Positions 18,596-28,083 of a stretch of DNA of 64,000 nt are shown piece by piece. The stretch is from NCBI GenBank assembly GCA_965199715.1, contig OZ241322.1, forward strand, positions 1,088,001 through 1,152,000. Direction: 5' to 3'. The notes beneath the pieces are model-generated. The model searched no databases. It worked only from the letters and a program-made list of their open reading frames with translations, and was not told where the DNA came from. Position 1 is the first letter of the stretch; each line of letters begins with the position of its first letter. Both the position numbers and the translations under genes were made by a program. The stretch is from Vicinamibacteria bacterium. GTDB lineage: Bacteria; Acidobacteriota; Vicinamibacteria; Marinacidobacterales; Marinacidobacteraceae.

Positions 18596-19051
18596 GAGAA
18601 TGCGTGGCCCTGCCAGCTCATGGCGATCGGGCCCGCCGTCGTCGGGAGTTCGAGCATTTCGCCGGCGATGAGCATCCCCTTGTCCAAGGTGTAGATGGCG
18701 GCGGCATCGTGATTTCGGGCGATCGCAAGGTGAAGCGCGTCACCCGCTCGCAGCCCGGTCTCGAAGTACCCGAGCCAACTCGCTGCTAACCGGAAATCGT
18801 CCTCCGTCGGGGTCAGTCGAACGAAGGAGTCCCGAACCATGCCTCGTAGCGGGCGCTTACGGCATGGGCCGCCGGGCCGTCAAGCTGGCCCATGCAACCT
18901 CGCGCGCAAACGTAGAGGCAACTTCAACCCCGGTCCAGTCGCTGACCGCAAGTCCCCCCACGCACGGAGCCGCGAAGAACTCAGCTATCGCGAAGCTGTG
19001 GGCTTCGTCCAAGAACAGCGGAACCAGGAAACTCGTGTCGAAGTAGCGCAT
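18592..19051 (-). pseudogene. vapC: VapC (PIN domain) toxin, frameshifted
   Basis: N-half YFDTSFLVPLF...EVAS (18857-19051) and C-half LRAGDALHLAIA...YTLDK (18592-18840) are in different frames; a third frame between them reads MGQLDGPAAHAVSARYEA. Confidence 0.82.
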
Positions 19052-19069
19052 TCGACAGCCCGCGGGACC

Positions 19070-19309
19070 TCACCTTCCCTCGTCGCGCATCTCGCGGATG
19101 AGCTCCGCCGACGGTCGGCGCAGGCGTGGCATCGAAGTCCGAAAGCGCTCCAGTTCCTTGAGCGGCAGCGGTTTCTTGGGACGGAGCACGGCGGTGAGCC
19201 GGATTGGCTGCTTGCCCCGGCGAGTGATGACGACATCCTGCGCGTCCGCAAGCTTGTCCAAGACTTCGTCGAGGCGCACCTTCGCCCGATTGAGACTGAT
19301 CGTGAACAT
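19070..19309 (-). CDS. Phd/YefM family antitoxin (copy B, cognate position upstream of vapC)
   Basis: AKVRLDEVLDKLADAQDVVITRRGKQPIRL...LERFRTSMPRLRRPSAELIREMRDEGR. Confidence 0.85.
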   Translation of the reverse strand: MFTISLNRAKVRLDEVLDKLADAQDVVITRRGKQPIRLTAVLRPKKPLPLKELERFRTSMPRLRRPSAELIREMRDEGR

Positions 19310-19355
19310 CGGAACCTACCCCCAAGGGCGAGGAGTCTAGCGAGGACGGGGGCGC

Positions 19356-19589
19356 TCAGCTCTCCTCGTCGGACACTTCCGGCTCGCGCTCCCCCGACGG
19401 CCGGCGTCGCATCGAGGCCCGGAGCTTGGCCAGTTCCTCGAGCGGCGGCGGCTCCTTGGGACCGAGCACCGCCTTCACGTGCACGGACTCCTTGCCGCGG
19501 CGGGTGATGACCACGTCCTCCCCCTCGGCGAGCTTGTCGAGAATCTCCTCAGGGCGCGACTTCGCCTTCGTGTACGTGATCGTGAACAT
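19356..19589 (-). CDS. Phd/YefM family antitoxin (copy C)
   Basis: MFTITYTKAKSRPEEILDKLAEGEDVVITRRGKE; paralogous to copy B, with starts 280 bp apart; GGAGG RBS. Confidence 0.78.
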   Translation of the reverse strand: MFTITYTKAKSRPEEILDKLAEGEDVVITRRGKESVHVKAVLGPKEPPPLEELAKLRASMRRRPSGEREPEVSDEES

Positions 19590-19640
19590 CGAGAACCTCC
19601 CTACCGCAGAAGGATGCTAGCGAGGGCCGAATGCGCCGGT

Positions 19641-19700
19641 TCACCGCCCCTCGCCCCGGATCTCCCGAAAGAACTCCCCGGCCGACTGCCGGGGTGAGGG
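19641..19700 (-). pseudogene. C-terminal remnant of a fourth Phd-type antitoxin
   Basis: Manual translation PSPRQSAGEFFREIRGEGR* matches the ends of copy A (PSLGQPAGEFFREKRDEGP*) and copy B (PSAELIREMRDEGR*). Confidence 0.7.
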
Positions 19701-19796
19701 CGCTCCGGGTAGTTCCCGAGTTGACATTTTTCAGGGGGGATTTCGGAGCAAGGCAGGGGCGAACCACGACGCCGCCCGGCCGACAGGGAGGCCCCG

Positions 19797-20183
19797 ATGC
19801 GAAATCTGGTGATTGCGGTGGCCGGCGTGGTCGCGGTGGGCGCGCTGGCGCTCGGGCTGGCCCGTTGCGACGCTGGCCCCGCCAACCGGCAGGCGGGTGC
19901 GGCGGGCGGCGCCGGCGCGGCCCCTTCCCGGCCTCCCATCCGTGCGGTGACCCCGGAAGACTTCACCATGGAACGCGTGTCGGAGTGGCTGGCCCGGCTC
20001 CATGACGCGGGCATCATTTCGGCTGAATGCTTGCCGCGTTTCACGCGAATCACGCCGGTGTGCGCGACAACGGGCCGAGGCGGACGATTGGAACGGCGAT
20101 GTGGTGGCTCGGCGTGGTTGGGTACTCCGTCCTCTCCGGACTGCTCGGCATGGACGGCGTGCTCCCCTATGGGCTCGCCTTGA
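19797..20183 (+). CDS. Hypothetical exported protein (possibly degenerate)
   Basis: GGGAGG RBS and hydrophobic signal-like N-terminus; the C-terminal half looks unconvincing. Confidence 0.4.
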   Translation: MRNLVIAVAGVVAVGALALGLARCDAGPANRQAGAAGGAGAAPSRPPIRAVTPEDFTMERVSEWLARLHDAGIISAECLPRFTRITPVCATTGRGGRLERRCGGSAWLGTPSSPDCSAWTACSPMGSP

Positions 20184-20293
20184 CGATCGTGGGAATCCTC
20201 GTCGTCATCGACTGGGGCGATCTGATCCGAAACGTGCGGCGTCGGATTTCTCCGCAGACCGAGTTTCCTGCGGTATGGCGGCGCTCGGGGTGA
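20099..20293 (+). CDS. Small hypothetical membrane protein
   Basis: MWWLGVVGYSVLSGLLG...LALTIVGILVVIDW, two hydrophobic stretches; overlaps the previous ORF. Confidence 0.3.
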   Translation: MWWLGVVGYSVLSGLLGMDGVLPYGLALTIVGILVVIDWGDLIRNVRRRISPQTEFPAVWRRSG

Positions 20294-20333
20294 CTCTCGT
20301 GGGCGTGCGGCGACCCGAACGCCGCCCGGGGCA

Positions 20334-21071
20334 CTACGGCGTGACCGTCAGCTCCACGATCCGGTCCTCCCCGAGGAAGCTGTCGTCGTTGTGGAAGTAC
20401 CAGCGCCGGTTCGCCGGGAGGCGCAGGCCACCGTCCTCGGCCTCCTCGCTCAGGTGGATGTACTCGCCGTCGTTCGCCGCCTCGTCGTGGTAGAAGCGGT
20501 AGCCGATCATCCGGGCGGTCTCGGGGTGGAAGTAGAAGTACCAGATGTCCCCGCCCTCGTAGTGGACCCGGACCTTCTGCGCGTCCTGCCCGTCGTAGGC
20601 CTCCGCGACCGGAGCGTCCGCGATGATGGCCCCGGGATCGCGCAGCTTCATGGGAAGCCCGTACAGGTACAGGTAGTAGTTCCGAAGTCGCATCACGGTC
20701 GCCTCGTCGATCCCGGCCTCCGCGAACGCTTCCTCGGTGAGATCGGCGTTCCCATCGACCGAGCGGGCGACCACCTGCTCGCCCTCGACCTCGATGCGGA
20801 CGGTTCCGTTCTCGGTCTCGCGGCTGGCCTCCATGGTCCGCCCGCCGCGCCCGAACCTGAGCGTCGTCACCCGGTCGGTTCCGCCGGGCCGCGACTCCTC
20901 AAGGCGGAGCGTGATCTCGGCGCTCCCCCAGACCCCCTCGGGATCGTGGTGCGCAATCGAACGCTCGATCAGGGCTTCCGCATCCGACATCGCCGGCGGG
21001 GGCGGCGCGGCCGGCTCCTCCGGCGGCGGGGCGCCGCAGGCGAGCGCGGCGAGCAGTGGCAAATAACGCAT
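20334..21071 (-). CDS. Lipoprotein, DUF6503-like
   Basis: MRYLPLLAALAC lipobox; SIAHHDPEGVW, RNYYLYLYGLPMKLRDPGA, DIWYFYF; GGAGG RBS. Confidence 0.75.
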   Translation of the reverse strand: MRYLPLLAALACGAPPPEEPAAPPPPAMSDAEALIERSIAHHDPEGVWGSAEITLRLEESRPGGTDRVTTLRFGRGGRTMEASRETENGTVRIEVEGEQVVARSVDGNADLTEEAFAEAGIDEATVMRLRNYYLYLYGLPMKLRDPGAIIADAPVAEAYDGQDAQKVRVHYEGGDIWYFYFHPETARMIGYRFYHDEAANDGEYIHLSEEAEDGGLRLPANRRWYFHNDDSFLGEDRIVELTVTP

Positions 21072-21082
21072 GGTGGGCCTCC

Positions 21083-22600
21083 TCAGCCGAACTCGATTCC
21101 CTGCGCCAGCGGCAGGTCCTTCGACCAGTTGACGGTGTTGGTCTGGCGGCGCATGTACGCCTTCCAGGCGTCGGAGCCGGACTCGCGGCCGCCGCCGGTG
21201 TCCTTCTCGCCCCCGAACGCGCCGCCGATCTCGGCTCCCGACGTGCCGATGTTCACGTTCGCGATGCCGCAGTCGGAGCCCCGGGCCGAAAGGAAGGTCT
21301 CGGCCTCGCGCAGGCTGTCGGTGAAGATCGCCGACGAAAGGCCCTGCGGCACGTCGTTGTGGAGCCGGATCGCGTCTTCCAGCGAGTCGGTCTCCAGCAC
21401 GTAGAGGATCGGGGCGAAGGTCTCCTCGCGGACGAGATCGGTCTGCGCCGCCATCCGGACGATCGTCGGCTCCACGTGGTGCGGCCCGACGTCGGGACGC
21501 CGCTTCCCGCCGCACACGACGGTTCCGCCGGACGCCACCGCCCGCTCCACCGCCGCTTCCATGCTCCGCACCGCTTCCTCGGAGACGAGCGGCCCCATGA
21601 GCGTGCCCTCCTCAAGCGGATCGCCGAGCGGCACCTGCGCGTAGGCGTCCTGGAGCCGCTCCACCAGCGGGTCCGCGATCCCGCGCTCGGCGAGGATGCG
21701 GCGGGTGGTCGTGCATCGCTGGCCCGTCGTTCCCACCGAGCCGAAGACGATCGCCCGCACGGCGAGGTCCAGATCGGCGTTCTTGCTGACCACGATCGCG
21801 TTGTTGCCGCCGAGCTCGAGCAGGCAGCGCCCGAGCCGCCCGGCGACCTCGGCGGCGACCTTGCGCCCCACCCGGGTGGACCCGGTGAACGAGATCAGCG
21901 GCAGCCGCCGGTCGGAAGCCAGCCGGGCTCCCAGATCGCCGCCGCCGACGGCGAGGTTGAACACGCCGCTGACCCCGTGGTCGGCCATGACCCGGTTCGC
22001 GATCCGCTGGACCGCGACCGAGACCAACGGCGTCAGCTCGGAAGGTTTCCAGATGACCGGATCCCCGCAGACCGCCGCGATCGCCGCGTTCCACGACCAG
22101 ACCGCGGTCGGGAAGTTGAACGCGGTGATGACCCCGATCGGCCCGAGCGGGTGCCACTGCTCGAACATCCGGTGGCCCGGGCGCTCGGAGGCCATCGTGA
22201 GCCCGTACAACTGGCGGGAGAGTCCGACCGCGAAGTCGCAGACGTCGATCATCTCCTGGACCTCGCCGTGGCCCTCGGCGCGGATCTTCCCCATCTCCAG
22301 CGAGATCAGGTCGCCGAGCGGCTCCTTGTCCTCGCGCAGCGCCTCGCCCAGGTCGCGGACCATCTCGCCGCGGCGCGGCGCCGGGATCTCGCGGAAGCTG
22401 ACGAACGCCTCCCGCGCCGCCTCGACGACCGTCTCGAGCGCGGCCGCGTTCGCCGGCTCGACGCTCGCGATGGGCTCGCCGGTGGTCGGATTGCGCGAAA
22501 CGAGCGGCTCCTCGCCGCTCGGGATCCAGGATTCGGGACCATGGCAGGCGCCGGGGACGCCGTCCCCGAGACCGAGCCGATCCATGAGGGCGTCGGACAT
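21083..22600 (-). CDS. Aldehyde dehydrogenase, ALDH7/piperideine-6-carboxylate dehydrogenase type
   Basis: GEVQEMIDVCDFAVGLSRQLYG, ITAFNFP, FTGST, LELGGNNA, GQRCTT, GAEIGGAFGGEKDTGGGRESGSDAWK. Confidence 0.92.
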   Translation of the reverse strand: MSDALMDRLGLGDGVPGACHGPESWIPSGEEPLVSRNPTTGEPIASVEPANAAALETVVEAAREAFVSFREIPAPRRGEMVRDLGEALREDKEPLGDLISLEMGKIRAEGHGEVQEMIDVCDFAVGLSRQLYGLTMASERPGHRMFEQWHPLGPIGVITAFNFPTAVWSWNAAIAAVCGDPVIWKPSELTPLVSVAVQRIANRVMADHGVSGVFNLAVGGGDLGARLASDRRLPLISFTGSTRVGRKVAAEVAGRLGRCLLELGGNNAIVVSKNADLDLAVRAIVFGSVGTTGQRCTTTRRILAERGIADPLVERLQDAYAQVPLGDPLEEGTLMGPLVSEEAVRSMEAAVERAVASGGTVVCGGKRRPDVGPHHVEPTIVRMAAQTDLVREETFAPILYVLETDSLEDAIRLHNDVPQGLSSAIFTDSLREAETFLSARGSDCGIANVNIGTSGAEIGGAFGGEKDTGGGRESGSDAWKAYMRRQTNTVNWSKDLPLAQGIEFG

Positions 22601-22638
22601 GGCCGCGAATGTTAGGGGGGCGCGATAATCCCGGTCCC

Positions 22639-24903
22639 ATGTCCGGGCGCCTCGGCCTCGTCGCCCTCCTCGCCGCCGTCGGATGCGGCGGGGGGAGCGA
22701 CCCCATCCGGCCGCTGAACGTGGTCGTGGTCACGCTGGACACGCTGTCGGCCCGGCACCTGAGTCCCTACGGCGCCGAGCGGATCCGCACGCCGGCGTTC
22801 GAGCGGGTCGCCGCCGAGGGCGCGCTGTTCGAGCAGGCCACCGCGAGCGTGCCGCTCACCCTGCCGTCGCACACCACGATGTTCACCGGCACGCACCCGA
22901 TGTTCCACGGGGTTCGCGACAACGGCGGCTACTCGGTTCCCGACTCCGCCGAGACCCTCGCCGAGACGCTCCGGGACGCCGGCTGGCGCACCGGCGGGTT
23001 CGTGGGCGCCTTCGTCGTGGACTCGCGCTGGGGGCTCGACCAGGGGTTCGAGCGCTACTTCGACGACTTCGACTTCGGCGAGTTCGACTCGATCAGCCTC
23101 GACGCGGTCCAGCGGCCCGGGGACGAGGTGCTGGACGCCGCGGTCGAGTGGATGGAGGGCGCGCGCGACCAGCGGTTCTTCGCCTGGATCCACCTCTACG
23201 ACCCGCACTGGCCCTACGAGCCGCCCGATCCGTGGCCGTCCCGGGTCGGCGACTACCGGGAGGCGCTGTACGACAGCGAGGTGCTGTTCACCGACTCGCT
23301 GGTAGGGCGGGTCCTCGACTGGCTGGACGAACGCTCGCTCGCCGACGACACGCTCGTCGTGCTCATCGCCGACCACGGCGAGAGCCTCGGGCGCCACCGC
23401 GAGACCGGCCACGGGTTCTTCATCTACGACGCGGCGATGCAGGTCCCCTTCCTCGTCCGCGCCCCGTACCGGCAGATCGAGGGCGGGCGGCGGATCGGCG
23501 CGCAGGTGCGCGGGGTCGATCTCATGCCCACGGTGCTCGAACTCGTGGGCGTTCCGGTTCCGGACGCGGTCCAGGGCGAGAGCCTCGTCCCGCTGCTCGA
23601 CGGATCGGCGGACGACCTCGGCCTGTGGGCCTACAGCGAGAGCCTCTATCCGCGCAACCACTACGGCTGGGCGCCGCTCCACGGCCTGCGCGACGGCCTG
23701 CTGCACTTCATCGCGGCCCCGCGCCCCGAACTCTACGAGGTCGGGACGGACCCGGAGCAGCAGCGGAACCTCGCCGGCGAGCGTCCCGGGCAGGTGGAGC
23801 AGCTCCGGCGGCGGCTCGACGGGATGATGGCGGAGTTCTCGACCGGCGCCGCGCCCGAGGCCCGGACCGTCGACGAGGACACGCGCGCCCGGCTCGCCGC
23901 GCTCGGCTACCTCGGCGGGACGGCTCCGGTTCCCGTCCGCGACGAGTCGGACCTCGCCGACCCGAAGGACAAGATCCACCTCTACAACCTGCTCAAGCTC
24001 GCCGGAACCGACTCGACCGAGGGGCGGACCGACCTCGCGATGGAGTCGGTGGAGCGGGTCCTCGCCGAGGATCCGGGGATCCTCGAGGCCCACCTGATCC
24101 GGGGGAACCTCCACCGGAAGGCCGGAGCGTGGGACGCCGCCATCGCGGCGTACCGGGACGCGCTGGCGCTCGACGAGAACTACCGCTCGGCGGTGCTCGG
24201 GCTCGCCGACGCCTACCGCCTCGCCGGCCGTCCGCGCGACGCCGAGGCCGGGTACCGCCGCCTCCTCGAACTGGACCCGAGCGACAACGTCGGCTCGTTC
24301 CACCTCGCCGGCGTCCTCGCCGAGCGCGGCGCCTTCGAGGACGCGCTGGAGGTGCTCGAGGGGCTCGAGGAGCGCGGCGACATCCGGGCGCCGGCCCGCA
24401 ACCTCAAGGGCGAGTGCCTGCTCAGCCTCGGCCGGCTCGAAGCGGCCGAGGCCGAGTTCCGGCTCGCGCTGGAGATGGACGAGGATCTCTCGGAGGCCTG
24501 GTACAACCTCGCGCTGCTCCACGAGGAGCGGGGCGAGGGCGACCGGGCGATCCGCGCCTACGAGGCCCGGCTCGCGCTCGCGCCCGGCGACTTCCGCTCG
24601 CGCTTCAACCTCGCCCGGCTCCACGGCGCGATGGGCGACCAGGCCCTCATGGAAGCCGGGTTCCGCGAGGCGATCGCGAGCAACCCGGAATTCGCGGTCG
24701 GCCACCTCTATCTCGCGAAGGCGCTCCTCGACCGGGGCGAGCTCCAGGAAGCCGAGTCCCTCGCGCGGCGCGGCCTCGCGCTCGGGCCGGAGCCGGACAT
24801 GGCTCCCTTCGGCCACTTCGTCCTCGCCGACGTCTACAACCGCCTCGGCCGGCCCGCCGACGCCCAGCGGGAACTGCGGCGGGGGCAGGCCCTTCGCCGC
24901 TGA
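22639..24903 (+). CDS. Sulfatase-like hydrolase with C-terminal TPR repeats (lipoprotein)
   Basis: LAAVGC lipobox, VVTLDT, PLTLPSHTTMFTG, HLYDPH, ADHGE, LAALGYL, then TPR-like helical repeats. Confidence 0.88.
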   Translation: MSGRLGLVALLAAVGCGGGSDPIRPLNVVVVTLDTLSARHLSPYGAERIRTPAFERVAAEGALFEQATASVPLTLPSHTTMFTGTHPMFHGVRDNGGYSVPDSAETLAETLRDAGWRTGGFVGAFVVDSRWGLDQGFERYFDDFDFGEFDSISLDAVQRPGDEVLDAAVEWMEGARDQRFFAWIHLYDPHWPYEPPDPWPSRVGDYREALYDSEVLFTDSLVGRVLDWLDERSLADDTLVVLIADHGESLGRHRETGHGFFIYDAAMQVPFLVRAPYRQIEGGRRIGAQVRGVDLMPTVLELVGVPVPDAVQGESLVPLLDGSADDLGLWAYSESLYPRNHYGWAPLHGLRDGLLHFIAAPRPELYEVGTDPEQQRNLAGERPGQVEQLRRRLDGMMAEFSTGAAPEARTVDEDTRARLAALGYLGGTAPVPVRDESDLADPKDKIHLYNLLKLAGTDSTEGRTDLAMESVERVLAEDPGILEAHLIRGNLHRKAGAWDAAIAAYRDALALDENYRSAVLGLADAYRLAGRPRDAEAGYRRLLELDPSDNVGSFHLAGVLAERGAFEDALEVLEGLEERGDIRAPARNLKGECLLSLGRLEAAEAEFRLALEMDEDLSEAWYNLALLHEERGEGDRAIRAYEARLALAPGDFRSRFNLARLHGAMGDQALMEAGFREAIASNPEFAVGHLYLAKALLDRGELQEAESLARRGLALGPEPDMAPFGHFVLADVYNRLGRPADAQRELRRGQALRR

Positions 24904-24916
24904 CCGGAGACACCCC

Positions 24917-27022
24917 ATGAAGACCCCGCTTCTCGCCCTTCTCCTCGCCGCCGGGTGCGGCGCCGCCCCCGAACCCATGCCGGAAAACCCCCTTCTCGCC
25001 GAGAGCGCCCTGCCCTATCGGCTCCCCCCCTTCGACCTCATCACGGACGACCACTACCTGCCGGCGTTCGAGGAGGGGATGGCCGAGGAGATCGCGCTCA
25101 TGGAGCGGATCGCGGCCTCGTCCGACGATCCGACGTTCGAGAACACGATCGTCCCGATGGAGACCGGCTCGCCGCTGCTGGCGCGGGTCTCGCGGGTGTT
25201 CTTCGGGCTTTCCGGAGCGCACACCAACGACGCGATGAACGCAATCCGCGAGGAGATCTCGCCGAAGCTGGCCGCCCACGCCGACCGCATCCTCCTGAAC
25301 CCGGATCTCTTCGCGCGGGTCGAGGCGATCCACGCGGCGCGGGAGTCCAGCGGGCTCGACGCGGAGCAGATCCGGCTGGTGGAGCGGTACCGCCGCAACT
25401 TCATCCGCGCCGGCGCGACGCTGTCCGAGGAGCAGAAGGAGCGGATGCGCGAGATCAACGCCCGGCTCGCGTCGCTCGGGTCCACGTTCACGCGCAACGT
25501 GCTGGACGAGGTGAACGCCGCGGCGGTCGTGGTCGAGGACGAGTCCGAGCTCGCCGGGCTGGACGAGGGAGCGGTGGCGGCCGCGCGGGAGGCGGCGGCC
25601 GCCCGCGGCCTCGACGGCCAATTCGTGATCCCGCTGCTGAACACGAGCGGCCAGCCGGCGCTCGCGAGCCTGACCGACCGGGCGCTGCGCGAGCGCATCA
25701 TGCGGGCCTCGCTCGGGCGCGGCGGCAGCGGCGGCGAACACGACAACACCGAGGTCATCACCGAGATCGCCCGGCTGCGGGCCGAGCGCGCCGCGATGCT
25801 CGGCTATCCGCACCATGCGGCGTTCGTGCTCGAGGAGCAGACCGCGGGCGCGGTGGAGGCGGTGCACGAGCGCCTCTCCGCGCTCACCCCGGTGGCGGTC
25901 GAGAACGCCCGGCGCGAGGCCGCCGAACTGGAGCGCGTGGCCCGGGACGGCGGCGAGGACATCCGGGTCGCCGCGTGGGACTGGCAGATCTACACCGAGA
26001 AGCTGCGGGCCGAACTCTTCGACTTCGACGCCTCGGCGCTGCGCCCGTACTTCGAGCTGAACGGCGTGCTGGAGAAGGGAGTCTTCTTCGCCGCGAACCG
26101 GCTCTACGGGATGACGTTCGAGGAGCGCCCCGAACTTCCGGTCTATCAGGAGGACGTGCGCATCTGGGAGGTCTTCGACCACGACGGCTCGGCGCTCGGG
26201 CTGTTCATCGGCGACTTCTACGCCCGCCCGTCGAAGCGCGGCGGCGCGTGGATGAACGCCTACGTGCCGCAGTCGGGCCTGCTCGGGACGAAACCGGTGG
26301 TCGGGAACCACCTGAACGTCCCCGAGCCGCCCGAGGGCGAGCCGACGCTGCTCACGTTCGACGAGGTCATCACCCTGTTCCACGAGTTCGGGCACGCGAT
26401 CCACGGGCTGTTCTCGGACGTGCGCTACCCGACGTTCGCCGGAACTTCGGTCCCCAGGGACTTCGTGGAGTTCCCCTCGCAGGTGAACGAGATGTGGGCG
26501 ACCTGGCCCGAGGTGCTCCAGAACTACGCGGTCCACCACGAGACCGGCGAGCCCATCCCCGCCGACCTGCTGGAGCGGGTGCTGTCCAGCCAGACGTTCA
26601 ACCAGGGGTTCGCGACGACCGAGTATCTGGCGGCGACGCTGCTGGACCTCGCGTGGCACGAACTCCAAGCCGACGAGGTTCCCGAGGCCGGGCGGGCGAT
26701 CGCCTTCGAGGAGGCCGCGCTCGAATCGGCGGGGGTCGCGTTCGCCCCGGTTCCGCCCCGCTACCGGAGCACGTACTTCTCCCACATCTGGGGGAGCGGC
26801 TACTCGGCGGGCTACTACTCGTACATCTGGAGCGAAGTGCTCGACGCCGACACGGTGGAGTGGTTCCGCGAGAACGGCGGCCTGCTGCGCGAGAACGGCG
26901 ACCACTTCCGGGCGACGCTGCTGTCGCGCGGCGGCTCGGTCGAGGCGATGCGGCTCTTCCGCGACTTCCGGGGCCGGGACGCCGAGATCGGCCCGCTGCT
27001 GAAGCGCCGCGGGCTGGACTGA
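24917..27022 (+). CDS. dcp: M3 family metallopeptidase (peptidyl-dipeptidase Dcp-like), lipoprotein
   Basis: KRGGAWM, FHEFGHAIH, DFVEFPSQVNE, YSAGYYSYIWSEVLDAD. Confidence 0.92.
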   Translation: MKTPLLALLLAAGCGAAPEPMPENPLLAESALPYRLPPFDLITDDHYLPAFEEGMAEEIALMERIAASSDDPTFENTIVPMETGSPLLARVSRVFFGLSGAHTNDAMNAIREEISPKLAAHADRILLNPDLFARVEAIHAARESSGLDAEQIRLVERYRRNFIRAGATLSEEQKERMREINARLASLGSTFTRNVLDEVNAAAVVVEDESELAGLDEGAVAAAREAAAARGLDGQFVIPLLNTSGQPALASLTDRALRERIMRASLGRGGSGGEHDNTEVITEIARLRAERAAMLGYPHHAAFVLEEQTAGAVEAVHERLSALTPVAVENARREAAELERVARDGGEDIRVAAWDWQIYTEKLRAELFDFDASALRPYFELNGVLEKGVFFAANRLYGMTFEERPELPVYQEDVRIWEVFDHDGSALGLFIGDFYARPSKRGGAWMNAYVPQSGLLGTKPVVGNHLNVPEPPEGEPTLLTFDEVITLFHEFGHAIHGLFSDVRYPTFAGTSVPRDFVEFPSQVNEMWATWPEVLQNYAVHHETGEPIPADLLERVLSSQTFNQGFATTEYLAATLLDLAWHELQADEVPEAGRAIAFEEAALESAGVAFAPVPPRYRSTYFSHIWGSGYSAGYYSYIWSEVLDADTVEWFRENGGLLRENGDHFRATLLSRGGSVEAMRLFRDFRGRDAEIGPLLKRRGLD

Positions 27023-27033
27023 GGGTTCGGGCC

Positions 27034-28083
27034 ATGGATCGCGCCCATGCGGACCGCATCGGCGCCCTCATGGCCCGTCTTCCCTTCGACCTCGATCCGG
27101 ACATGGAAGCGACCGGCCGTCCGCCGACGATGGCCGGGTCGCAGTTCCTGACGAATCGAGAACAGGGCGACTGGGCGGAGGAGATCCTCCACGACGCGAC
27201 CAACGGCCATTCGCCGGACTACGCGGCGGTCCGGTATGGGCGGGCGGAGTCGCTTCCGGCCGACGATCCCGGTTTCCCCAAGCACTTCGCGGACTACGTC
27301 GCCGAACTGAACGCCGTCGGCAAGAAACCCGACCTGCTCGTCGTTTCCCGGCGAGCCGGCGGCGCGACCGAACCCGCGGAGCGCGCGGTCGCCGGACTCG
27401 AAGTCCGCTCCAGCAGCTTTCTCGCGGACAAGTACGCCCGCTTCATGCGCAGCCGCAACACGGCCGCCGAAGCCGAGTGCCTTCGCCTTCAAGCCATCGT
27501 GCTCGGCGATCCCTACGGACCGCTTCTCCGCGAGAAAGCGCCGGAGACCCACGACCTGCTCTCGCGCGCCACGCGAGGGACGTTTCGGGAGATCACCTTC
27601 CGCGCCCGCAACCGGTCCTCGTCGGCGGCCCTGCGCGAGCTCAGCGAGCACCTCCGGGCGCTGCGGACCGAGATCCGGACCCTACACAAGCGGGACTACC
27701 TGAGCATCACGCCGAAGCTGGAGGATCTCGTCCTGGTGAACCGTTGGATCCAGCGGTTCGGCGTGCCGCACTACTACGTGCAAGCGTTCTTCGACAGGGC
27801 GTTCGTGATCTCGTTCGAAAGCATCCTGCGCATCGTCGCCCGCCCTGAATGGGAGGGCGAGAAGTTCTCCGTCGAGCGCGACGTCAAGAACCAGCAGAAG
27901 ACGACGCTCAAGATCGACGTCGGCGTCGGGCGGGAACTCGTGGGACGCATCGACTTCCCGAGTCACGAGTCGGCGTTGAGAGAGCTCGAGCGCGGACGGC
28001 TCCTCTTCTACGTCAGATTCCGCGGCGGGAGGGGCTATCTCGACGCGGACGCCTTCGAGCAGGAGATCGTCGGTGGGCGTTGA
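27034..28083 (+). CDS. Type II restriction endonuclease, AccI family
   Basis: SQFLTNREQGDWAE, KKPDLL, EVRSSSF, RDYLSITPKLED, ELERGRLLFYVRFRGG match the AccI family as recalled; overlaps a methyltransferase gene. Confidence 0.8.
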   Translation: MDRAHADRIGALMARLPFDLDPDMEATGRPPTMAGSQFLTNREQGDWAEEILHDATNGHSPDYAAVRYGRAESLPADDPGFPKHFADYVAELNAVGKKPDLLVVSRRAGGATEPAERAVAGLEVRSSSFLADKYARFMRSRNTAAEAECLRLQAIVLGDPYGPLLREKAPETHDLLSRATRGTFREITFRARNRSSSAALRELSEHLRALRTEIRTLHKRDYLSITPKLEDLVLVNRWIQRFGVPHYYVQAFFDRAFVISFESILRIVARPEWEGEKFSVERDVKNQQKTTLKIDVGVGRELVGRIDFPSHESALRELERGRLLFYVRFRGGRGYLDADAFEQEIVGGR

